A DNA stretch of 43,414 nt from a virus (Duplodnaviria; Caudoviricetes): the IMG/VR virus record IMGVR_UViG_3300036943_000395, positions 1 through 43,414 of that record. The stretch is one strand, 5' to 3'. Under the pieces are notes generated by a model. That model had not been told where the DNA came from. It made no database searches and saw only the letters and a list, made by a program, of their open reading frames with translations. Numbering within the stretch: the stretch's first letter is position 1; the number at the start of each line of letters is the position of its first letter. Below are positions 18,734-26,423 of the stretch, piece after piece. The position numbers were made by a program, and so were the translations under genes.

Positions 18734-19176
18734 TGTGTCTTAGAGTCAAAGAGAAAAAGGTTGCAGAGCAAGATTTTGTGGTTTACAAAATCCAGGTAAT
18801 GTACCCATCCACTGATCAGACATACGTATCCCCAGCCCAACACGACGTACCACTTTACAATAAAGAGGCAAAAGCAGATTATCTACTTACTACAAATATT
18901 AACTATGACATCGATATTGGATTTTTATTTGATGGGTTTTTTCACTTCTACACTGATCTTAAGTATGCATTGGGAGAACTTGAGTTATCAAAAGCGCATT
19001 TTGCAAGAATAATCAAGTGTATTGTCAAGAAAGGCAGGGAATATTATGTTAGCAATAACATGCAGGGTGCTTGTGAATATCTAATGCAAACAGATGAGGT
19101 GATATATCAAAGACAGGATAACAGGTGTGTTCTTAACAAAGTAGATGAGTATATTGGGAGGGAACTATGTGTATGA
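18733..19176 (+). CDS. Met-Cys paralogue array, copy 3
   Basis: TGATG coupling; MCL..VYKIQ..SP..PLY..GFFHFY..RIIKC. Confidence 0.85.
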   Translation: MCLRVKEKKVAEQDFVVYKIQVMYPSTDQTYVSPAQHDVPLYNKEAKADYLLTTNINYDIDIGFLFDGFFHFYTDLKYALGELELSKAHFARIIKCIVKKGREYYVSNNMQGACEYLMQTDEVIYQRQDNRCVLNKVDEYIGRELCV

Positions 19177-19571
19177 ATATAATTGAAACCAAAGTTCTAA
19201 CTTTTGATATTACTGTTTACAAAGTACAAGTAAAGCCAGATGGTGGTAATGAGTTCGAATCTATAATCTACTGTCATAAGCCAAAATACAACAAGGTTGA
19301 GATTGCTGATGGTAAAATAGTGTTAGGATATAACCCAAGCCCTGAACATCAATACCGCACTATCGGAAAGGGAGTGTTCCACTTTTACACGACTACTGGA
19401 ACGGCACGTGCTGTAGTTGATGGATCGTGTTCACTATTCAGTGATTCGGTTTTCAGGGTGGTAGAGTGTACCTTAAAACGTGGTTCTAAAGTTTATGTTG
19501 GCGATGATGATGAAATCGCATGCAGGCAGGCAATCTTTACAGAAAAAGTAGTTTATCAAAGGAGTAAGTAA
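19167..19571 (+). CDS. Met-Cys paralogue array, copy 4
   Basis: MCM..VYKVQ..S..PKY..GVFHFY..RVVEC. Confidence 0.85.
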   Translation: MCMNIIETKVLTFDITVYKVQVKPDGGNEFESIIYCHKPKYNKVEIADGKIVLGYNPSPEHQYRTIGKGVFHFYTTTGTARAVVDGSCSLFSDSVFRVVECTLKRGSKVYVGDDDEIACRQAIFTEKVVYQRSK

Positions 19572-19572
19572 T

Positions 19573-20037
19573 ATGTGCTTAAGCTATACTGGAGAAAGGG
19601 TTTTAGACCAGGATTTGACGGTTTACAAAATCCAGCATTACGGTGTAGCTTACCCACAAGATAGATATATGTATCGATCACCTTTTTACGGTCACGTGCC
19701 TGATTATGGAAAACTTGAAACAATACCTTTAAACAAAAAATTGGAAACCGTTGAGGTTGGCTATGAGATTAAGCAGGGAGTGTTTCATTTTTACAAATCG
19801 CTTGAAATAGCAAAGAAAAAAGCAAGAACGCTATCTCATGTCAATCCCTATCCTTTCCGAATAATCAAATGTACGCTTGTTGCTGGCAGCATTGTATATC
19901 ACGGTATAGGTGGTGAAATTGGTTGTAATAAAGCGATATTCAGTGATAAGGTTATAGTGAATTACCAGGAAGGTGAGGTATGTCAAACACCAGAACCTGA
20001 TGGGTGTACAGAAACCGAATCTAATAAGGAGGAATAA
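19573..20037 (+). CDS. Met-Cys paralogue array, copy 5
   Basis: MCL..VYKIQ..SPF..PDY..GVFHFY..RIIKC. Confidence 0.85.
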   Translation: MCLSYTGERVLDQDLTVYKIQHYGVAYPQDRYMYRSPFYGHVPDYGKLETIPLNKKLETVEVGYEIKQGVFHFYKSLEIAKKKARTLSHVNPYPFRIIKCTLVAGSIVYHGIGGEIGCNKAIFSDKVIVNYQEGEVCQTPEPDGCTETESNKEE

Positions 20038-20487
20038 ATGTGTTTAACAGTTACACGTAAAGCTGTATTAAAAAAAGGGATTACAGTATATAAGATGCAG
20101 GAGTTTAAAGCAAGGGATTCATTGCATCCTTGTAAGTACGGATCACCTTACTGGAGATTTTACCCGCAATATGATAAGTTCATAACAGATGATAAAAAGC
20201 CTGTAACAAAATTTAATCATGTTGAAAAAAACATGGTTATCACAAGAGGGTATTTCCATTTCTTCACAACAGTTCAATCTGCAAAGGAACTTGCAAGAAC
20301 AGCATCAAAATATGACAGAGACGTAAGGGTTATCGAGTGTAAACTCAGGAAGGGATCAAATGTAATCTATGGTAACAAAAACGATATAGTTTGCAGGGTA
20401 GCAAAGTTTACTGAGAAAGTGATTGCAGTTTATAAAAATGGTAAGTTTGTCACAGAAAAGGAGGAAAATGATGTGCCTAAGAGTTGA
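20038..20487 (+). CDS. Met-Cys paralogue array, copy 6
   Basis: MCL..VYKMQ..SPY..PQY..GYFHFF..RVIEC. Confidence 0.85.
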   Translation: MCLTVTRKAVLKKGITVYKMQEFKARDSLHPCKYGSPYWRFYPQYDKFITDDKKPVTKFNHVEKNMVITRGYFHFFTTVQSAKELARTASKYDRDVRVIECKLRKGSNVIYGNKNDIVCRVAKFTEKVIAVYKNGKFVTEKEENDVPKS

Positions 20488-20947
20488 TCATCACGTAAAA
20501 CTTGAGGAAGATATGTTGGTGTATAAAGTACAGCAAAATTTCCCTAAGAGGATCGTTTTAAAAGAGGATGATTTTGGCAGGAAGATTTTACATAAACTTG
20601 AATTAGGGATGCCGTTTTGCTCAACCTACACGTGTCACTGTCCTGATTATAATGTTATCTCAACGGCAAATGGTTCAATTGATGAAATCCATAAAACAGG
20701 CACAGGAATAACATCTGGATATTTTCATTTCTATGAAACAAAAGATTGTGCAGTGTTAAAATCTTTATACTTTTCCGTAACAATTAAAGGGAGAGTGTTT
20801 CGTATTATCGAGTGTAAGATACCGAAAGGAACTATAGTTTATTTTGGCAAGCATGATGATGTTGCTGCGAAGCATGCGATCTTCCAGGAGAAAACGGTAG
20901 GTGTTTACATCGACGGTGAGGAGGTGTTCAGTGTGTCTGATAGTTAA
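20471..20947 (+). CDS. Met-Cys paralogue array, copy 7
   Basis: AAGGAGG then ATG TGC at 20471; VYKVQ..STY..PDY..GYFHFY..RIIECKIPKG. Confidence 0.85.
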   Translation: MCLRVDHHVKLEEDMLVYKVQQNFPKRIVLKEDDFGRKILHKLELGMPFCSTYTCHCPDYNVISTANGSIDEIHKTGTGITSGYFHFYETKDCAVLKSLYFSVTIKGRVFRIIECKIPKGTIVYFGKHDDVAAKHAIFQEKTVGVYIDGEEVFSVSDS

Positions 20948-21359
20948 ATATCTTTCAATACTTAAATGTGATATGACAGTATATAAGGTGCAGCAGAAGT
21001 ACTACAACTCAAGTGGTTGTGATAGCGCAAACTACGCTTCTCCGTACTTTATCCATACACCGATATACAACAAGGAGATAAAAGCAACGGGTAGTGCGTG
21101 GTTAAAAGACGAAACGATTGACGCTGGATTTTTCCATTTCTATACCAATCTCAAAAAAGCTCTTGATAAAGCAAAAAGCTTATCAGGGTCAAGGGAATAC
21201 GGAAGAAAAACACGTGTTATCAAGTGTACTCTTTTAGCTGGTTCTGGTGTTTATTTTGGTGAGAATGACGATATCGCTTGCAACACAGCAATTTTCACAG
21301 AAAATGTTTTAGCAACATTTTACAAAGGAATACACGTTGAAAAAAATAACAGGAGATAA
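20931..21359 (+). CDS. Met-Cys paralogue array, copy 8
   Basis: GAGGAGGT then GTG TGT at 20931; VYKVQ..SPY..PIY..GFFHFY..RVIKC. Confidence 0.85.
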   Translation: MCLIVKYLSILKCDMTVYKVQQKYYNSSGCDSANYASPYFIHTPIYNKEIKATGSAWLKDETIDAGFFHFYTNLKKALDKAKSLSGSREYGRKTRVIKCTLLAGSGVYFGENDDIACNTAIFTENVLATFYKGIHVEKNNRR

Positions 21360-21370
21360 GGAGTAATATT

Positions 21371-21790
21371 ATGTGTTTGGTAGTTAAATGGAAAGATAGA
21401 ATCGGCAAAGGTATCACGGTTTATAAAGTTCAGCAGCTTATGCCTGGAACTAATGATAAGCTTACTTTCAAATCAGCTTTCCGAGAACACGAACCAGAAT
21501 ACAACAAGGTCATAAAGGATGATGCTGTAATGGAAAAAGAAATCGAAAACCTTAAAAAAGGCGATGTAGTCGGAGCTGGGTGTTTTCACTTTTACACAAC
21601 AATTGAAGAAGCTGAAAAGACAGCAGAAAACATATCAATACACTACAGAACGACAAGAATCATCGAGTGTAAGTTGAGAAAAGGGTCTCTTGTGATACGT
21701 GGTTGTTATAACGATATTGCTTGTAAAAAAGCAAAATTTACGGAAAAAGTGATAGGGGTCTATGAAAATGGAATACTAATACCCACGTAA
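21371..21790 (+). CDS. Met-Cys paralogue array, copy 9
   Basis: MCL..VYKVQ..SAF..PEY..GCFHFY..RIIEC. Confidence 0.85.
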   Translation: MCLVVKWKDRIGKGITVYKVQQLMPGTNDKLTFKSAFREHEPEYNKVIKDDAVMEKEIENLKKGDVVGAGCFHFYTTIEEAEKTAENISIHYRTTRIIECKLRKGSLVIRGCYNDIACKKAKFTEKVIGVYENGILIPT

Positions 21791-21814
21791 AAACACACCT
21801 GAACACACAAACTG

Positions 21815-21850
21815 AGAGACGGCTGATTTACTACAGCTGTCTCTTTTTTT
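21815..21850 (+). terminator. Rho-independent terminator closing the array operon
   Basis: agagacggctg-N8-cagctgtctct followed by a T-run. Confidence 0.85.
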
Positions 21851-22367
21851 GTCTAAAAATACCGTTCCAAACACTTGAAAACCCCAAAAACGATTTTTCC
21901 GGAAAATGAACTACTTTTTAAAATCCAAAAAAACAAAATGAAATTTGCAACTGGGATCAAAACAATAACTTACAAAATAAGATTGAACAGTACACTAAAC
22001 AAATAAAGTTGGTTTTCCAAAAATCACCTGCTTTACACAATAACAAAAACTAAACTAAAACAACGAAACACCCTCCAAAAGCCAATCTATAACCTGTACA
22101 TAACTTGTACGACCTTACTAAGAAAATCCTCTACCATTTTCACTTTTTTTTCATCGTGGAACGATAATCACTCAACTCCCTGGTAAACTGTTTCAATTTG
22201 ATGTCAAAATCCAACAAAAAACCGTCAAGAAAAATGCGACAAAACACACGAAAATAACAACTTAGCGATTCTTGCCGATTTTGACAGTTTGACAACGGTT
22301 TCTTCGTGCCACAGACGTTTCAACCGTTTGCTGAAATCGGTTTCTACATTATTATTAACTAAAGAAG

Positions 22368-22389
22368 ATTAAGAGATAAATCTCTTAAT
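22368..22389. repeat. Perfect 10-bp inverted repeat in the long non-coding block
   Basis: attaagagat-aa-atctcttaat. Confidence 0.7.
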
Positions 22390-22965
22390 GGAAGAAAAAG
22401 TTTCTCAACGTGCAAATGCCACTTATATAAATTTTTTTTAAATCAGAATTTTTATCAGCAACAAATATTGAATTTTTCCCAACAGTGTAAAGTGAGGGAA
22501 ATATAAAGCTATTTGAGGGCATTAAAATGTCAATTAGTGTCATAAGACTAAAATTTAATTATTGCCCGAAATTTGAGAGAATAGACCCCTAATTTTTCAA
22601 TTCCCCACTATTGGGATAGTGCAATATTTCAGAAATTCACTGAGAGCTGAAAAATCCTCGATGTAGCAATTTATATATATTTGGGTATTTTCGTTAAGAT
22701 TCCATCGCCCTGGCTGAGCGTTCCAAATTCAAATATTGAACTTTCATTCAGATTCTAACAAGCGAACATTGACAAAAAAATATAATTTCATGATTTTTCA
22801 TAAATAAAAACTCAACTTGCTGCGGTTTTGACCTGCCTGGAGCGTGAATATTTGTTGTGTAAAACGCTTGGATATATAGTTCATGTATTGGTTTTTTTTG
22901 TGTAGTAAGCATGATTATTGCCAGACAGTGAAAAATAAAAAAAATAGCATAAAAGAAAAAAAGAA

Positions 22966-22994
22966 TTGACCTAATAAACCAGAATTAGTAAATT
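22966..22994 (+). promoter_or_regulatory. sigma70-type promoter of the 23103-24004 cassette
   Basis: TTGACC-N17-TAAATT with long upstream A-tracts. Confidence 0.7.
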
Positions 22995-23058
22995 GTCACC
23001 AGTTCTTTGAGCAGTGAATTTAACCGCTTTTAGTGGTTAATAAAAGTAACTGTCAATA

Positions 23059-23073
23059 GTGTGGAGTTAGGGG
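23059..23073 (+). repeat. Left arm of 15-bp long-range inverted repeat
   Basis: gtgtggagttagggg, exact reverse complement of 24024-24038. Confidence 0.85.
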
Positions 23074-23102
23074 TACAAATAAAGCGTAAAGTGAGGACAA
23101 AA

Positions 23103-23834
23103 ATGTCAAAGAAAGACTTGTTTAAAAACGTTACCCCAATTGAGAAAGGAAATGTTCCTGATCAGGAAAAAACAGGTAAGAAAGAGATTGGCATCACAGC
23201 TAACAAGTTCAGAAATGTATTTTGTAACTTATTTCTGAAACTGGAAGATCCTGAATTGAAGATAAGCATCGACGGTAAGAAGTACATCAAGGCATCCGAT
23301 GTGATCGATGGAAAGGCAAGTGATAAGGAAGCTATACTGTTTGTTAAAACATATGATCATAGCACCAGTAACAGTTTCAGTGATAACCACATCTTCCATT
23401 ACTGGAGGAGAAAGGCACAACTACAAATTGCTGCCGTTTCAGCTCCTGCTCTATCTCAGGAAAAAATCCCAACCGTCGATGGTTTGACCCAAACTGAATT
23501 GGAAAATCAGCTGCTCAATAATGTTTTTATTGAAGAGACTGGAATCGCCCTTGCACTGTTCCCGCTCAGGTACAAGTTACCCGCAAAATGCTCCAGTAAA
23601 AACGCAAAAATCATCAAGCGTCAAGCAGAAAATGTTTCAATCCTGAAATTCAAAAACCATGTGAAAAAGGTTTTTAAGGATGGCGATCTTGAAAATGAGT
23701 TGTCAATTGAGACTGCCAAACTTGCCGATCTTGAAAATGAATCTTCCAAACTTGCCGATGAGGAATCTGCAAAGGAAAAACTCAGAAAAAACAACCCAAA
23801 AGGTCTTTTACTTGATACTGAAAAACTCCAATGA
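23103..23834 (+). CDS. Hypothetical protein with C-terminal (KLA)DLENE repeats
   Basis: GAGG RBS before ATG 23103; DLENELSIETAKLADLENESSKLADEE repeat also visible in DNA. Confidence 0.8.
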   Translation: MSKKDLFKNVTPIEKGNVPDQEKTGKKEIGITANKFRNVFCNLFLKLEDPELKISIDGKKYIKASDVIDGKASDKEAILFVKTYDHSTSNSFSDNHIFHYWRRKAQLQIAAVSAPALSQEKIPTVDGLTQTELENQLLNNVFIEETGIALALFPLRYKLPAKCSSKNAKIIKRQAENVSILKFKNHVKKVFKDGDLENELSIETAKLADLENESSKLADEESAKEKLRKNNPKGLLLDTEKLQ

Positions 23835-23848
23835 TTAAGGAAGTAAGC

Positions 23849-24004
23849 ATGATTGACACAAGAAAGAAGAACAGACAGCTTTTACACCAGAAAATAAGAC
23901 AGCTCCGCAGGGAGTGTAGAGAACTGGCAAAAAAAGCTGAAAATACACCGTATGAATTATGGAGTTTTGAACTCTATTTGAGGGCGCAAAGTTTAGGTAG
24001 ATAG
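23849..24004 (+). CDS. Small basic hypothetical protein (51 aa, not in ORF track)
   Basis: AAGGA RBS; MIDTRKKNRQLLHQKIRQLRRECRELAKK... Confidence 0.6.
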   Translation: MIDTRKKNRQLLHQKIRQLRRECRELAKKAENTPYELWSFELYLRAQSLGR

Positions 24005-24023
24005 TAGGTATTTGTTAACCCCC

Positions 24024-24038
24024 CCCCTAACTCCACAC
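24024..24038 (-). repeat. Right arm of 15-bp long-range inverted repeat
   Basis: cccctaactccacac. Confidence 0.85.
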
Positions 24039-24046
24039 AAAACATT

Positions 24047-24079
24047 AAAGAGACTGTTTTGAGCAGTCTCTTTTTTTTT
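24047..24079 (+). terminator. Rho-independent terminator
   Basis: aaagagactgtt-ttg-agcagtctcttt followed by a T-run. Confidence 0.88.
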
Positions 24080-24465
24080 GTCTTGTTTTTGACGCTTTAC
24101 ACCCCTTGATCTGGTCAAGCTGCTTTACACAAAATTAATTTACTTCCAGGCAACAAAAAAAATAAAAAAGCAATTGAAAAAAGCAAATTATTAAATACAA
24201 GTGAATTATTCACAAATTAAAAACACTATAAACTTAATGAATTAATGTTACATAAACCCAAATCTATTACTAATAAACAACCGCTACAGGTATGGAACGA
24301 TCATGTACACTAAGAAATAAGATAAAAGCGTGTGCCCTCTATCATACGTGTGTGCCAGGTCACACAGGGCAACCATCCCCGTACGGAGTAGAGCCCGAAA
24401 AAAATTTGTTGACATGGATTTGCGTCATTGGATAAGTCAGTATAGTTTTCATCCAGGAGGTAATA

Positions 24466-25107
24466 ATGCAGAAGATAGGCGTATTGAGGCAGAGCAATAT
24501 AGTTAGCAATCCTGAGCGAGAGAAGGAGCGACAGGCGGTATTGGATTTGCGGGAGAATGGTGGTTTTTACGAGGAGAAGAAAATAAGGGATGCTAATTAT
24601 CATTTACGTAAGCAGAAGGTATTATCAGATAAGGTATTAGAGTATTTATATAGTCGGTACGTGGTAGATCGGGAATCAAGTAAGACAGCTGGGGATGAGA
24701 TCGGTGTTTCGAGTAGTACGGTAATGTCTTATGCTAAGAAGCGTAATTGGAGGGAGTTACGCAGATCAGTAGGAATGACGGCTGCTGTTGATCGTGACAA
24801 AGGAGACGGCAAAGAGATCGTTCGGGTATTCAAGGAAATATTTTCAAAGGATACATGTGAGTTAAAGGACAAGACACATTTAGCTAAGGTCAAGAATGAT
24901 TGGGCTAATATCTTTGAGGAGTTACGAGAATCGTTAGCTAAGGCTGTTAAATCAGGCAGGTACAATGTAAATGCGCTTGACAAGATTTTAAAAGCTGAGT
25001 TATCGTTATATGGTGAGACACAGAACACGGTTAACATCATAGTAGTTGGTGCGGATAAGCCATCTGGAGTTGATCGTAAAATGCAGGAGATAACAATAGA
25101 GCAATGA
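24466..25107 (+). CDS. terS: Terminase small subunit (HTH-containing)
   Basis: Directly upstream of TerL with ATGA overlap; HTH-like AGDEIGVSSSTVMSYAKKRNW. Confidence 0.75.
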   Translation: MQKIGVLRQSNIVSNPEREKERQAVLDLRENGGFYEEKKIRDANYHLRKQKVLSDKVLEYLYSRYVVDRESSKTAGDEIGVSSSTVMSYAKKRNWRELRRSVGMTAAVDRDKGDGKEIVRVFKEIFSKDTCELKDKTHLAKVKNDWANIFEELRESLAKAVKSGRYNVNALDKILKAELSLYGETQNTVNIIVVGADKPSGVDRKMQEITIEQ

Positions 25108-26423
25108 CATTCGACCTTAGTGAGATCAAGAACGATATAAACGAGAAGTATTATCCGTATTTATGGAATACAGACAGGGTTCTTGTATTGGTTGGTAGTG
25201 CTGGTTCTGGCAAATCGTGGTTTGTATCACAGAAGTTAAATTTTCGCATAATATCGGAAGCTGGCAAGGTAGTCCACAAGTTTCTGATAGTTCGTAAGAC
25301 GACACCAGCTTTGAAGCGTTCTTGTTGGGTATTAATACAGAACACAATATTCAGGTGGGGGTTGAGCAAGCAGTTTGAAATCAACAAATCTGACATGATA
25401 ATAACACACAAATTGACTGGATCGCAGTTTTTATTCACTTCTTTGGATGATGAGGAGAAAATCAAGTCGATTGAGGGTATAACAGGTATTTGGATTGAGG
25501 AAGCAACGGAATTGACAGCAAACGACTATCGTCAGTTACGGTTGAGGTTAAGGAAGCCGATAGCTACCTATTTGCAGATAGTTTTGAGTTACAATCCCGT
25601 TAGTAAGCAAGCATTTACTTATAAAATGTTTTATCTTGGTGATGGAAAGCCAAAAACCTATAGAGTTCGCAAATCAATTACTTTTCCAGATGGTACAACA
25701 GAGAATTATTATGTTACTGTCTTACATTCAACATACAAAGATAATATCAAGCACCTTCCTCGTTCTTATGTTGCTGAACTTGAGGGTATGAAAGATGAGG
25801 ATTATTTTTACTATCGTGTTTACGCACTCGGTGAATATGCCGATCTGCTCACAACAATTTATAGAAACATTGAGATTGTGCGATCCATTCCTGATTTAGA
25901 GTTTGAACCTATATTTGGTGGCTTGGACTTTGGTTTTAATCATCCAATGGTGCTGCTCGATGTTTATAAATTTAATAAAGAAGTTTATCTTAAGTGCCGA
26001 TATTTTGAAACTGGCAAAACAACGATGGATCTAAAAGAGTATCTAACAAAAATAAAGTATGATCCAAGAAGAAAGATATACTGTGATAGTGCTGAACCTG
26101 ATAGAATTGAAGTTCTCAGGAAAAAAGGTCTCTCTGGAACTGATGGACAGCCTCTAAGCGCATTTAACGCCCTTCCAGCAGTAAAAGGTAATAACAGTGT
26201 GCTTGACGGTATAGACTACCTCAAAACGCTTCATATTAAGCTCTTAGAGAGCGACTATGAGGTGGTAGCACAGTTTCAAGGGTATAAGTGGCAGGAAGAT
26301 AAGGAAGGAAATGTTATTGACAAACCAGCAAAGTTCAACGATGATGCCCCAGATGCTGGAAGATACCCGCTTTGGTCTGAAAGTGTATATAAAAAACAAA
26401 TCCCGCACGTTAGGGAGGTATGA
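25104..26423 (+). CDS. terL: Terminase large subunit, PBSX/SPP1-like
   Basis: Walker A GSAGSGKS, Walker B IWIEEATE, SYNP, GLDFGF.HP, CDSAEP, DDAPDA.RY. Confidence 0.96.
   Translation: MTFDLSEIKNDINEKYYPYLWNTDRVLVLVGSAGSGKSWFVSQKLNFRIISEAGKVVHKFLIVRKTTPALKRSCWVLIQNTIFRWGLSKQFEINKSDMIITHKLTGSQFLFTSLDDEEKIKSIEGITGIWIEEATELTANDYRQLRLRLRKPIATYLQIVLSYNPVSKQAFTYKMFYLGDGKPKTYRVRKSITFPDGTTENYYVTVLHSTYKDNIKHLPRSYVAELEGMKDEDYFYYRVYALGEYADLLTTIYRNIEIVRSIPDLEFEPIFGGLDFGFNHPMVLLDVYKFNKEVYLKCRYFETGKTTMDLKEYLTKIKYDPRRKIYCDSAEPDRIEVLRKKGLSGTDGQPLSAFNALPAVKGNNSVLDGIDYLKTLHIKLLESDYEVVAQFQGYKWQEDKEGNVIDKPAKFNDDAPDAGRYPLWSESVYKKQIPHVREV

Noticed and set aside
20423-20930. Longer N-termini for array copies 7 and 8 given by the ORF track
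   Set aside because: RBS positions and homology to the other copies place the starts at 20471 and 20931 (Met-Cys)
17878-21790. Array as a DGR or shufflon cassette set
   Set aside because: No reverse transcriptase or invertase; copies are full genes with their own RBSs, in one orientation, and diverge throughout rather than only at adenines
21851-23058. Possible mini-CRISPR array or tRNA in the long non-coding block
   Set aside because: No regularly spaced 25-45-bp direct repeats and no cloverleaf with a TTCGA T-loop seen by eye
23061-23102. GTG start at 23061 for the 257-aa ORF
   Set aside because: It lacks an RBS and lies in the inverted-repeat arm; ATG 23103 has a GAGG RBS
24408-24446. 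sigma70 promoter for terS
   Set aside because: TTGACA is present but there is no good -10 hexamer at 16-18 bp spacing; it may need an activator, so it is not called
24310-24603. 97-aa minus-strand ORF upstream of terS as an HNH packaging nuclease
   Set aside because: No HNH or CxxC motifs; it overlaps terS in antisense
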